DNA of 64,000 nt. Source: Hormiphora californensis (Eukaryota; Animalia; Ctenophora). The position numbers and the translations under genes are program-made. Below are positions 33,341-47,100 of this stretch, one piece after another; the stretch's first letter is position 1; every line of letters begins with the position of its first letter. A model generated the notes under the pieces. It made no database searches, was not told where the DNA came from, and was given only the letters and a program-made list of their open reading frames with translations. The stretch is taken from NCBI GenBank assembly GCA_020137815.1, contig CM035351.1, forward strand, positions 3,348,001-3,412,000, written 5' to 3'.

Positions 33341-33689
33341 ACCTAGACTACTTGGAAACAGTAAATCATGTTTAGCACACATCGTTAACATATAAATAGT
33401 AAGATTGTCATTGATAAACACGTACTTATCATCACTTACGAAGTGTTCATTTACAGTCTACAGGAATAACTGCACTTTCAGCCGTTTTCGTAACGGTACA
33501 CATTTCTTGTAACTGTTTTCTCCTGGCCCATACTCGGCCAATTCTCCACTACCCTCAGACTCTACCCCATATCTCGGTTGCCAAGATCCTACTAACCCAT
33601 ACACCCACCACACACAAACGAACAAGAATAATCACTCAAAAAACCCTAGCTCTGAACAAATATGTGAAGGACATCTCTCCTAACTCAGG

Positions 33690-34410
33690 ATGGTGGTGAA
33701 ATAGGACGGATGATGGAGGATAGGAACAGGATGATGGAGGATAGGATGGATGGTGAAGGATGGATGGTGGAGGATAGGAAAGATGGTGGGGGATTGGACG
33801 GATGATGGAGGATGGGACATATGGTGGAGGATAGGACGGGTGGTGGAAAACGGGACGGATGATAGAGGATAGGACGGATGGTCGAGGATAGGACGAATGG
33901 TGGAGGATGGGACAGATGGTGGAGGAGGAGGATAGGACGGATGGTGGAGGATAGGACGGATGGTGGAGGATACTGGATAGGACGAATGGTGGTCGGTGGA
34001 GGGTAGGACAGATGGTGGAGGAGAGGGCGAAAGTGGAGGATATGACGGATAGTGGAGGATAGGATGGATGGTGGAGGATAGGATGGATGGTGGAGGATAG
34101 GACGGATGGTGGAGGATAGGACAGATGGTGGAGGATAGGACAGATAGTGGAGGATGTTACAGATGGTGGAGGATAGGACAAAAGTTAGAGGATAGGATGA
34201 AATGTGGAGGATAGGACGGATGGTGGAGGATAGAGCATATGGTGGAGGATAGGACGAATGGTGGAGGATAGGACGGATGGTGGAGGATAGGACGGATGGT
34301 GGAGGATAGGACAGATGGTGGAGGATAGGACAGATGGTGGAGGATAGGACGGATGGTGGAGGATAGGATGGATGGTGGAGGATATGATGGGTGGTGGAGG
34401 ATAGGATTTA
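33690..34410. repeat. 19-bp minisatellite (GGATGGTGGAGGATAGGAC)n next to the LINE 3' end
   Basis: More than 30 degenerate units; the source of the spurious HHPSYPPPSVLSS ORFs. Confidence 0.9.
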
Positions 34411-34502
34411 GGAAAGGATTCTGAGGTCAGAGGAAATCGAAAGGTCATTCAGGTTACGATCATACCATGTATATGACGTGTATGGTATCATAGGATCAGA
34501 AG

Positions 34503-37245
34503 TCAGCCATAGGCAATGTTGAACAGATGAGTCTTCAGTGATTTCTTGAATGTTGATACAGACTCCGATTTCCTGATTAATTTTGGAAGTCTGTTCCAGA
34601 GTTTTGGTGCAGCAATGCTAAATGCTTTCTCAGTAACCTTGTACTTGCAGTGGTACTCCTCTAACCTTGTGTCGTCTTCATCTACTCTGAGTTTCTTGGA
34701 CTTTGCCTGCCTCTTCTGGATCATCTCAGTGATGTAGCATGGAGATTTACCATTTAGTGCATTGTATACCATTAGGCACATTTTGTACTCGATGCGTTGG
34801 TTGATTGGAAGGAAGTGGGATTTCTTTCTCAATTCGGTTACACCTCTTCTGCTGCGCTGACCGTATATAAATCGTATGGCCCTGTTTTGGAGTACTTGGA
34901 GACGTTTTATATCAGATTCCTTCGAACCAAGGAGTAGGGCATTACAGTAATCGATCCTGGAGTGTATCAGGGTATTGACAAGAAGAGTCTTCTGATTCTT
35001 GTTAAGCTTGCTAGCTATCCTCCACATGTTTATTAACTGTAGGTTGCCCATCTGGACTATCCGTGTTACATGCTTGGTCATGTTTAGCTCTTTATCAAAT
35101 ATTACTCCCAGGTTCTTGGCTACTTCAGTTACAACTGTATCCTCATCTTCTGTTATGGCTACTGTATCAGGAGCTTCCGATTTATCCCATTTGTTTTTAA
35201 GTATCATGACCTCCGTCTTGTTAGGATTCAACTTAAGAAGATTTTGAGCCATCCATAGTCTAATATGGGCAACACACTTTTGTACCTGGCTCATAGCTGA
35301 AAGTAGGTTTTGAGGCACAAAAGATATAGAGAGCTGTGTATCATCTGCGTACATATGTATCTTTAGATTGTACAGCTGAGCAATCTTCTCTAGGTCATGG
35401 GTGTAGAGTATGAAGAGAAGGGGCCCCAATATCGATCCTTGAGGGACTCCGATTTTGATGGTCGTGGCGGCAGATTCGTTCGGTCCAATCTTCACTATCG
35501 CAGTTCTATCATTCAAATAAGACTCTATCCATTTGAGAACTCTGCCAGTGATTCCATAGTCTTGTTGTAGACGTTGAATGAGCTTAGAGTGAGATATAGT
35601 GTCAAAAGCTGCCGATAGATCGAGCAGCACAAGGATCACTTTTGTTTTCTTGTCCATCTGTATTAGAGTGTCGTTTACGATCTTCAATGTTGCAGTCTCA
35701 CAGCTATGATGTGAGCGGTACGCAGACTGAACCTTGCTAAATAGACCATTGCTCTCAATGTGCTCAGTGAGTTGATCGGCAACACATTTTTCTAGGATCT
35801 TGGACACAAAGGAGAGATTAGAGATCGGTCTGTAGCTGCTGAGCTCGTCTGGGTCAAATTCTTTGATTTTCAAGGAGGGTCGGATAACAGCGGATTTTAA
35901 GTTGACTGGAACCACTCCGTCCGATAGACTACCGTTCACAATCTTAGAGATAATGGGGACGAGTTCTGTCAGAGAACCACCTACCATGGTGGATGGAATA
36001 GGGTCGAGAGGACAGTGTTTCTTGTTCATGCTCCGAACAGTTGATACAAGTTCAGCGTCAGACACTGTCCTAAACTTGGAGAGTACCGGGCAGTTATGAG
36101 CAGATAGTTCATGGGGAATAGTCGGTAGATCAGCTGAGTAAGCAGGGTCCTCTTTAATTGTCTCATATATCTTCTCGATTTTTTGATTTAAAGTAGTCCA
36201 TCATCTTCTCTGGAAGCTTCTCAGGCTCGTCTGTGGTTGGTAACTGCTTCGGAACTTTCTCCTTGCCAAGAAGATAGTTAAGGATCTGATAGGTAGCCGC
36301 AGGATTACCTTCAGCCGCTTCAAGGCGTATTTGGAAGAACATTCTTCTAGCTCGAGTAAAAACAAGCTTGGCAGCACGGATCTCAGTGATAAACTCCTTC
36401 TCTGCATCTAGCACTTTGTCGTGGGGAACGGGTTTGCCTTTGTTTTTCTTTTGTAGGGCTTGTTTAAGGGCTTTTCTGTATCTCCGCTCAGCCTTCCTTC
36501 GCCTTCTTAGGGCATCATAGCACTCTTGATTGAACCACTGTGGTTTATTGGAGAGTTTGATGTCTTTATCCTCAATCGGTGCCAGTTCATCTAGTATCTG
36601 TACAAGAGTAGTGTTATAGAGTTCAACACACTCCTCAACGGTCTTCGGAAGAGGTTGTTTACAGAGTTTAGATTGGAGTATGTAGTTTTTCAGGGTTTCA
36701 ATCGATAATTTCTTCAATGATCGTCCAGTAACTTTCTTAGAGATTGGCTTCCTGTTCGCTGACCCACAATGTAGATGAAAGTCAACGAGAAAGTGGTCTG
36801 GAACCTCGGGGGTCGGGATAACATTCACAGAGCTTACAATAGGGACATCCTTCGTCAATACAAGGTCCAGGGTTCCTCCTAGGATATGGGTGGGTTCCTG
36901 AACGTGCTGGATCCATCCATGGTCTTCCAAGGTTTGCAGGAAACCGTTTGCAAGAGTGCATGTAGGCTTTTCGATGTGTATATTGAAATCCCCGGTTATC
37001 ATCAGATGGCCAGACTTCGAAGAGAAAGAGGACAAGAAAGCTTCAAAATCATCCAGAAACTGTATCTGCTTAGGTTGGTTTGGAGGGCGGTAGATTACTG
37101 CTATTCTTGTGAGATCAATACCTGGACCGTAAATAGTGGCTTCAAGAAGCTCAAAGGTTAGGAACTTTTTCTTCAGTTTACATTTCTTTACATTTATTCC
37201 ATCCCTATAAATGAGTGCCATGAGAGTGTGATGGTGACATCTCAT
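34503..37245 (-). mobile_element. Non-LTR retrotransposon ORF2 (APE endonuclease plus reverse transcriptase), L2/CR1 group, frameshifted and 5'-truncated
   Basis: APE motifs IYRPP, GDFNIH, TLDLV, DH. RT motifs YRPISNL, LDLSAAFDT, GVPQGSILGP, YADD. C-terminus FKKSLKTHLF. Frameshift at ~36165-36185. Confidence 0.93.
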
Positions 37246-38879
37246 TTGTCTGGTGTCCTCTCACACGGCACACCTCTCATGACTTGTGGGTCGTCACCTG
37301 GAGTCTCCCTGGGGCCTTTGAAGTTTTAACGGATCGCTATCATAAGGTAGTGACGACCGTAGATTTTTAAAATCGGTCAAAACTCCTTTGAGATCGCCGA
37401 AAATTCGCTTTGACACATACCCTTCGGCCTTCGGGGTCTATTTCCTTTAAGCCATACAAATTTAAAACAGAAGGGAAAGAGTTAAGAGAATGGTTGGCCG
37501 TTGGCAAACGCTGCTGGGATAAGGCAGCGCGGGATAAGGCCAGGGACGCAGCTGGGCCTTCGGCCCAGCGCGTACCTGTGCGTTCAGGGGTCTTGGGCGC
37601 TAGCCCGGGTCAGGGGGCGTGGGGGGTGACACCCTTATCATAAGGCAGCGCTTTTCAAGTGGTTGGTTTGGCATACGTTGCAGGCCCCTTATAATATAAG
37701 TTGCGGGGGTGCGCGCATGAGGGGGCTGCAGCGCATTCCAAGTGGTTGGTTCGTTTTTCCAAAAAAAAAAGCGATCGTGATTTTTATATGGGCGCGATTA
37801 TAATCTGGGTGCCTTGCAGCGTGTTTACAGGTGCGCGCTGCCAAAAAAGTACACCTAAAACCACTTAGACCGACTTTTTTCAAACGGCTATAGCCACGCA
37901 ACCACATGGCCAATTTGAGTAAACTAAAGGGTAACTGATAGAGAATTGATAGCCCTAACCGATAACCCCATACCAAACCCTAACCCGACCCTAACAACAG
38001 CCCTAACCCGTCGCGCGCGCTAAAATCGATGAATTGTTAGCAATGCAAGGCACCTAGATTTTAACGTTTTCCTTTTTATATTTAAAGTCCATTTTTTTTC
38101 AACTGTTCACCCAAAAACTAAAATTTAATAAAGATTAGAATTTGGGTGGCGCGCGCTACACGTTAACATGTGATAAACGCGCAAAACAATTCCGCGCACG
38201 ACTTTGGGGGGTGAACAGTTGAAAAAAAATGGAGTATATTAAAGTCGGATTTTTTGAAGTTGTCACCCCAAAATGACCGCGCATGTGAAATTTATCAATT
38301 TTGACGCGCACACCACACGTTAACATGTGATGTGACGCGCAAAAACATTCCGCGCATGAAAAGGGGGGTGACAACTTCAAAAAATCCGACTTTAAACTTT
38401 TTTCAAAATTCAGCCAGGATTCTGACGCGCACGTAACGCGCATTTTCGCAATGCAGCGCAGTTATTTGGAGGGAAAAAATCCAAAATAAAAAGTATCGAA
38501 AAAAGGTTATATTATTTATCAATTTTTTAGTGTGTAGGCGTTTGATTAAGTTATTTTTCTGCACAACCCACACAGGGACCATATGATGACTTGACTCACA
38601 CCTCACCGTGTCTAGTGGCTGCTCTGCACCGTTTCACCCCTGAGGTCCCTAGTGGGTTGTGTCATAGGATCGAAAAAAGGTCCAAACCAAACGAAACAAG
38701 TTCAGAAAACGTTAAACAATCTTCAATCTTCAATCTTCAAAATAATTTGACTGGTCATGTCGAGACATCCACATTATAAACAAACGTTTCAACCTCTCTG
38801 AACTCATTTGGTTTTTCAACTAGAAGTCCGTACCCCGCCTCAGGGCATAGTCCAACAAGGAGTTTCCATGAACACACGA

Positions 38880-40022
38880 GTACCCCAACAGTTGTTGTGG
38901 ATGGAAAAAAGTCTTCGTGGGAAATAGTTCGAAGTGGTGTTCCACAGGGGACAGTGCTTGGCCCTCCACTATTTATTCTTTATGTGGCAGATCTCAACTC
39001 CGCTGTCCTTAACTCAACCACGAAAACCCTGGCAGATGATACAAAACTGATTAAAGGGATCCAAACTGAGGATTCTCACACCCAACTACAAGAAGATCTT
39101 ACGGAGGTAGGAAGATGGTCAAAAACAAACAACATGAGCCTCAACGAAGATAAATTTGAAGCGCTACATTACACCCTCAACAAAACCTTCCTTCTAAAGC
39201 AACTGCCTTTCGTCGCTGAACTGGAGACGTACTACACACCTGAAGGACTTGAAATCGAACCAAAGGAATGTGTTCGAGATCTAGGGATTCAGTTGTCAAA
39301 TACCCAAATGTCTTGGGAAAACCAAATCGGAAAAATGACCTCTGATGCTAGGCGGATAAGTGCGTGGGTTCTACGGGCGTTTAAGACCAGAGCCAAGAGA
39401 ACTATGCTAATTCTCTACAAAAGCCTTGTACGCAGTAAGCTTGAGTACTGCTGTCCACTTTGGGACTCTCCCAAAATCTCCGATATCCAACAAGTTGAGA
39501 CAATCCAAAGGAAATTCACAAAGAGGATCCAGTATATGTGCAATTTAAACTATTGGGACCGCCTGAAGAGGCTGGGGATCCTCTCGCTTCAGCGAAGGCG
39601 AGAACGCTACTCCATCATCATGGTCTGGAAAATGGCCAACGGTGAAGCACCAAACAATATCGGGATCCGCTTTTACCAAAATGATCGTCTCGGACTACGA
39701 GCGGAGGTGCCAACGTGTCCCACTACCACACAGTCGTCGGTGGCCACGAAATTCCACAACTCCTTCGCTTCCAGAGCGACCCGACTATGGAACACTCTCC
39801 CAAGTGATGTGAACTCAGCCAAAAACCTCCCTGCGTTCAAAGTACTTCTTGGGGAATGGTTGAAGAGGATGCCGGACAGACCCCCGGTACCTGGATATAC
39901 CAGACAAAATAACAACTCAATTCTGGACTGGATACTCCTTGTATCCAGGGAGGGGGAGGCTCTGTGAGGAGCTGACACCGGTACAGCATCTGTACGAAGC
40001 CATTTACAAGATTACAAGATTA
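38880..40022 (+). mobile_element. 5'-truncated LINE (CR1-group RT C-terminus) with (TTACAAGA)n tail
   Basis: GVPQGTVLGP, LADDTK, VRDLGI, YKSLVRSKLEYC, SLQRRRER. Short tandem tail at 40003-40022. Confidence 0.9.
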
Positions 40023-40023
40023 C

Positions 40024-40200
40024 CCCCTGGTCGGTGGTCTATCAGCAATGCCCCTGAGGTACCCTCCCAGTAAAACCTTGAGTTCATCGATATTCCCGGC
40101 GTCCTTGACACATTTAGGAAGAGTGTTCCATAGTTTCGCCCCAAGAACCGAAAATGATTTTTCAAACATAGTGGAACGCCATTCACTTGGTATTTGCTAT
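40024..40200 (-). mobile_element. Degraded fragment of a related LINE, tail-to-tail with the previous element
   Basis: The minus strand reads ..LWNTLPKCVKDAGNIDELKVLLGGYLRGIADRPP, paralogous to RLWNTLPSDVNSAKNLPAFKVLLGEWLKRMPDRPP. Confidence 0.7.
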
Positions 40201-41119
40201 TTTTTAGCAGTCCCCACACAGCGTACAGCCCCAGAAGAGGGGGCTGAGGCGTACCTAGACCATATCAATCATCGAGGGTATTGTATTATATACCCTGCTA
40301 ACTTAAATAATGCGCCAGTGGCGAGAAGTCCCACTAGCGCGCTCTCAGTAAACAGCCAGTCCAGCGGCAGATTATTTCCCACTGGCAGGTTATTTATTTT
40401 TAACTCCTACGTAACATTCAAAGTGTGTGTAAATGATCAGTTCTTACTAAAATACAGAGGGAACACTATGTGCAACACTTACACACTACATTGGAGAGAA
40501 AGAAAGGACACATTCCGTCAATTACTCTCTCTTTATCTCCCCTTTTGTCTCACTATCTCTTTCTCTGTGTTATTTGTGACATGCCCCTTATCAGGCTATT
40601 TCTTTCACTCTCTTTCCTTAGCAACTGCTTAGTAACTGTTACCAAACAGTGTACACTCAATTGTGACGTGTTTTTAACTATTTCTCAGTTCTCTTTGTGT
40701 GTTTTGATTAGTGTTCTCTCTCTTGTTGGTGTGTAATACTTGAAATAAACAACTAAAGCAGGGTATATAACCCATAAACTCTGACCACTGGCACGTTATA
40801 GGTTTAAACCCCTCCGCCTCTCCCTCGGCTCCGCCTCGGGATCGTCGTCGTGATTTAAACCAGTTTATCCGCCAGCGGCGGATAAACTCCAGCTAACTTC
40901 TCCCAGCGGCGCGCTGGGAGAAAGTTATCTGAAATAACGCGCCAGTGGCCAGAGTTTATGCCTCATGTATTCAGAAAATATCACGAAGAGATTTCTGGAA
41001 TCTGGATCGCCACTCGCCTTCTGCCATGCGGTACAAGGACGGTGGATGCCCAAAAAAAGCAATAATGAACAAGTATACATCACATACATTAAGCTAACTG
41101 ATCGAATTTCCTAGCTATC

Positions 41120-44100
41120 AGGAAGATGAAGTATCTAAACCCTGCATTATAGTCAGGAGGTAAGGGTTGTGTTTGTGTAATGTGTATCAATAAAAAACAA
41201 AACAGTTTCTTATCCAAATAATTGTATCTCTTTTAAGGCAACTTGATAAAGTCGAGTTTCTCCAAATGTCCAAGAAAGGTCACAATGTTGTACATATATC
41301 CTTTAATTCCTTTAAATCTCTGTTTTAATGATTTCAATAATGGTGTGCTGGACGCTGGTTAATTTGGGATTCGCTGGACGCTGGTATTGTTTTGTGACAT
41401 TATATTTCCACAGATAGCATACTAAGCCCCCGACTAGGGAAGAAGTTCCGACGTCTCTTCTCCCGGAAAGCCTCTGGGGACAGTTTGCTAAAGGAACGGG
41501 CTAACTCAGTTGATACCCTCCAAGTTGAGGAAGAGGACGAATTCTGGGATCTTGGGCCCCAAGCTGTTTACCAGAATCTAGATTGCATTAGTTTGTGCAA
41601 CTTCCCCCGGCCCTCTATAGCAGATAGTGGCAGTGAAGAAGAGGAAGAAGAACAATATAAGGATCTCGTTGTAGAGAAGGAGGGGCTTTATAGTTGTTAC
41701 CAAGACCTCCGGTTGGTCGCTCAACGGGCAGGAAACTTCTCTGAACATCTTTACGTCAACCACATCCAGCCTGTAGAAGGTAATACTTGTTCTCTATAGG
41801 TTCATCTACATAGATGGTCAACTCTTTTAACTTGGTAAATTAGAATTTAGGTTTAACTAAAGACTATATTTATAGAGACAATATCCTCATCAGGATCTAG
41901 ATCCACTGTCCGCGAAGCTGACTCATCTGGTGACGAGGAAGAAAGTACAAAAGAAGAGAACGGTGACGAACCAGCTGCTAATAATTCTGTTACAGACAAC
42001 TATTGTGGTGAATCTACAGAGACAGAAAACCCTGAAACACCAGCAAATCCTGTTGCTAAACAAGAGGATCCTGAACCACTAGAACAACAAGAGGATCCTG
42101 AGCCTTTAGAACAAAAAGAAGATTCTGAACCTCTAGATCAAAAAGAGGACTCTGATCCGCTAGAACAACAAAAGGAACTTGAAGTACAAACACAAGATAC
42201 TGGAACACTAAACCAGGAAAAACAAGAAGATAGTGGATTAGTTTCATCTGAGAAACCCACTGAAGAAGAGCTACAAGTACCAGAGCAGCCAACTGAACAA
42301 GTACCAGAGCAGCCAACTGAACAATTACCTACTAAACCAGCCGAGTTACCCAAGGAGGATTCCCTGCCTGTTAGTGTTAGAGCCCAGAAACTACAAAAAC
42401 AACTCCTCGCCTCTAAATTTAACTCTGTTAGAGGAGTTTTCGAGACTTCAACAAGGAAGGAAATCAGAACTAAATACGGAAATACGGGAGCTATTAGAAG
42501 GCCAATCCTCATGTCTGTGTCTAACAAGAAGACATCCGTTCAGAGCATACGATCACTGTTTGAAGGTAGGTTACAAGGTTCAGACCCTATCATAGTGTTA
42601 AATCTCCCTCTCCCCTGGCCACTATAATTTCTCAATGTCTCTATCTCTATAAATTTCTCTCTGATATCTCTCCCTATCTCTCTTAGAGAAAGCTCGACAA
42701 GAACAGAGTGATGGTGGAAGTTCCGCTTCTGTGTTCAAGAAGCCACTTTCCCGAACAAACTTATGTCTCCAAAGATCAGGTAATAAGTTTACTTGAGTTA
42801 GTAGTCGATTGATTGGAATGTTACTGAAATATTGCAATGTATACTAATTACTAGATGTATATTAGATGGCAGATGTACGCTATATTTGAGTGAACTACAT
42901 GTGCTGTTCCATGAGTTCCTTATTAGCAAGTGTGATATTACTTCCATGTCATGAGTTTCTAACCCCCCCCCCCTTATCAGAAGAGAGACCTGTGTCAGAT
43001 GCAACTGATATAACTGATTCTAGTGATGATGAGGGCTCTAATTTTCAAATTCAACATGGTAATGGTAACACATGTCACACATGACACAATTATGTAACAA
43101 CAATCTTCCTGTTTAAAGATGCTTAAATGGGTATAACTATACCCTATTGACTCCTCCCCCTTTGTTAGTCGTTGAATGTGCTTCATAGTGCCCTATCTTT
43201 AACTGCCCCCCCCCCCTGTTTTAAGATGTGGAGAGTGATGACGCTGAGGAACATGTTATTCCAGTTACACAAGAACCTGAAGAAATGTTGACAGAGGAAC
43301 AGAAATCTCGCAGAAAAAGGTATCTTGCCTGCAATTCCTTCCTGTTTGTTGCGGGGGAGGGATGTTAGTTGTAGTTCCCAATTCATTGCTATTTGCAGGG
43401 GAACTCCTAAGGGGTGGGCCGTGGGGGTTGGGGGTGGAAGTATGTAGGATGTTTTGATACAACATCCTACACCTGAAATATACCTGCTATTTTATTAGAA
43501 GAAGTAATAGCTACATAACAAGTTGTCTATGTAAACATTGCAGGAGCTACTGATGTTGCCCAAATACATAGACAATGAATAATAACACAGTCATATCATC
43601 TTTTAGGTTTAAGATTGCTGAAGAGTTGTATACTACAGAGGAAGCATACGTTTCAACTCTGACTCTACTTCATGTTGTGTTCAGAGGTCGCATTACTGTG
43701 AGTGTTGCATGACATGTGAATACATACTACATGTTTCAGCTGCACTCTAGTCCATAGTTCCTATAATATATGTCCCCATAGCTTCTTATATCACATTCAC
43801 ACTGCACTCCCTCCTATTACATAATGCATCTCTTATGCATTAACGTTGTTTAAACTGAACTTACTAAATGACGTTAATTCCACGTCATGTTTCCAGGATA
43901 ATCATACAATTCCTGAAAAGACGCTGAATGAGATATTTATGAATCTGAGGGAGCTACATCAGCTTCATATTGAACTGCGGAACAAACTAAAGTCCAGAAT
44001 TGAAGACTGGTGGGTAATTGTAGCGCTGTATTTACCCATTCTCTTTCTCTGTTTCGTTTTCCGTCTCTTCTCTATGTCTCTTTCTCTTTCTAGTAGAAAG

Positions 44101-47100
44101 TTTGTAGCCCTCTTTCTCTGTCAGGCAAAATACTCCAATGATAGGAGATATTATGAAGTCGATATCTCCATTCTTTGGTCTCTACACAGAATACATGGCA
44201 CGCTTTGAGCATGCCGTCAAAACAATTAACGACCTGACTACTAAAGATGAAAAGTTGGCCAGAACTGTATTCGTTCTAGAGGTATATTTAGAAAGGAGGA
44301 GAAAAAACATTGAATGTTTGTATCATTTGTATTTCTGAGAAGAGACCGCATTATTTCCCCCTAGCCCTACTATTTTGTCTAGAGGCCTCACTACCCCCCT
44401 TCCCCCACAATTATAGCCTTCGCCTCTTGGCTTTTCCTCACTACCCCTCTCCTCTCACTACCCCCTCCCCCACCAGGGCGAGATAGAGCACTGTAAGAAC
44501 CTAAAGATAACTCAACACATGTTGTGTCCAGTTCAGAGAATACCACGATACAGGTAAAATACTCTCCATGTTTTCGTTATCATATCTCCCTCTGTTTCCC
44601 CACTACCACTACTAATCACCCCTCCTTTACTTTATTTACCACCCCCAGAATGCTGTTAGAGGATTACATAAAGCGGTTACCAACGGACGATCCTGATTAT
44701 CCGGCGGTAGAGAAAAGTCTCACTTTAGTTTCTAATGCTGCCAACAAAGCTAACGATAATATCTCAAAACTGGTAAATTCGGTTTGCTATTTGTGCTGTA
44801 TTGTGTGCATCCATCGAACCCTCACAGATCGGTGTGAGCCACACAAGTGTTGTTTGATTGTTTTGTTTTCAAACAGGGGCGCGGGGAAACAGGGTCGAGC
44901 GAGCCCCCCCCCCCCCTTGTTACCAACCCTCCTACTTCACAGTGTTGCTTAATGTCCCCCCTCTCAGGAGAACTTCCAGCTTGTGTCTCAGTTGCTTAGC
45001 AACGTCAGCGGACTGGGGAACAGCATCGATAGCTCTGGAACAATTTCAATGGTGTATATAAAACATGGCCGTATTAAGAAAATGAGTCGACACAAAATTC
45101 AGGAACGATTTATATTTGTGGTAAGAAAAGTGACAGCCTAATAAATTCTTTTTTTAAACCTGTTTAAATCCTGTTTAAGCCTGTTTAAATCCTGTTTTAT
45201 ATCCTTTTTAAATCCTGTTATTTCGCAGTTTAATGCCGTGGTGTTGATTTGCAAGATTGAAGGCAACGGCAAATACAAATGTACCAAGAAGATTTCCTCG
45301 CAACAATTAGAGGTATATTAACTTTCTATGAAGGCATTATGTTCATTTCCTGATTCACTGTAGTTAAATTATAACTTGTACCCTCTCTCACATCTTACCC
45401 TCTCCTAACAAATCTTGTTTTCAGTGTGTTCAGATCAGCCCAGATCCAAATATCAACTATCCGTTTGAAATCATAACCAAGAGATATTCCTTTATTCTCG
45501 GAGCAAAGTGAGTGTTGAGTAGAAACAGATATTGCAAGAGCTGTTAGTTTATAAGAGAAATTCAACTCCAACTTTTTCTGCGTATGATAAACTCGGAAGG
45601 GAAATAGAGACATGAACGTAACGCGCGAAAACAGCAGTGTAGAGATAGCCGCGCGCGACATGGTTCACATAGAGAATTTGAAATGAATTAGCGCTGACAA
45701 GGGTCACAGAGGCAACTCATTATGTGGATTGAGAGGGTATGGAAGCACATATCAGGGGTAAAAAGGGTGCTCTAAGTTCGAGAAACTACCCACTATTTCT
45801 CCCAGGGATGAAACAGATAGGGATAGCTGGATAGCTGCACTACAGCGTGTTTTGAATGATCGACACAGTAACACAGGGATCACTCTGAAGGAGGCGCCTC
45901 CAACACAACGACTAGGTAAAATCCTAGGTCTCCATTTACCCAATTTGTAAAAGATGTCTATTTCATATATTTGTATGTGTATTTGTCTCCTTGTTTAACC
46001 ATATTTTAAACCCCACTCACCCCCACAGGTTTGGTTGCACCAGTGTGGATCCCAGATTATGGTGTTTCAATGTGCATGAGATGCGAGGAGAACTTCACTG
46101 CAATACGACGCAGACACCACTGCAGGGCATGCGGGAAGGTAATTAGTTAATTAATGTGATTTGTGTTGCCTGGTAGCCTGCCTATTTATGTTAGTATTTA
46201 CTAGTAGGCCCGTTCGCCCTACGGGCGAATTTCGGGGATGGTAGCTGGATTAGGGAACGCTGACATCACCTGCACCATCCGTTCCTAGCCTATCTCTCAC
46301 TTTCTCCCTACCCATGTTGTTGTACGCTCTGGGCTTCCTGACAATGTCAAGGTGCGAATTTAAGAGATCAATGTCATGGAGGTGCAGTGCTGTTCCAGAG
46401 ACTCATCACGTGAAAACGTGGCCGCTATGTAGCCGATTCGGAGATTTCTATATTCGACTGGAGTAATCACCCTTGGGCGACGTTGGGTAAAGCTATCTGT
46501 AGTCGTTGACTGGCTCGCTTGAACACGTTGGCGTAATCTGTTATACTCTCTAGCCTGCTCCCTGACGGCTGACAGCAGCAGTTCTCCTGGACCTAGATAA
46601 ACGTTGCCGAATAGCGCTTGGGGTGGTAGAGCTAGACATCAGGACAAAAGTAAAAGAATGCACGTGCAGAATTGAATTTCCCCTTGGTACCCAACTGCAA
46701 CCGGGAGAGAGCTCTCCAGATCCCTCTAATAATTGCACGTGCAGGTGTAGTTGCTAGGTGATGTAGCACTGACAATTTGAATAGTAAGTAGTATGATTTA
46801 ATTGATCTAGTAATTAATTAAATTAATTAACTTTTCAGGTATTTTGTGCGATGTGTTCTTCATACAAACAGTACCTTGGATTTGATAACAAAATAGGACG
46901 GGTCTGTGCAACCTGCAATGATATCCTGTCAGAATCACTAGGATTGAAACCAGTAAGTTGTCTTTTATTCAACCCCCTCCCCCCATAGTATAAAAAGACC
47001 CCGGCCTCCATACCGTAATTTAATTTCTGCTTAATTTTTCAGAGGTCCGAAAGTACGAGTATGTTTTTCTCGAGTGAGGATATGCCCCATAGTACGAAGG

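Noticed and set aside
33636-34448. Extensin-like His/Pro repeat proteins
   Set aside because: They are translations of a 19-bp minisatellite whose period is not a multiple of 3.
37310-38870. Helitron/Helentron-like element (CCCTAA-like repeats, internal inverted repeats, CTAG end); similar hairpin at ~46200
   Set aside because: Probably repetitive DNA, but I could not define both termini, so it is not called.
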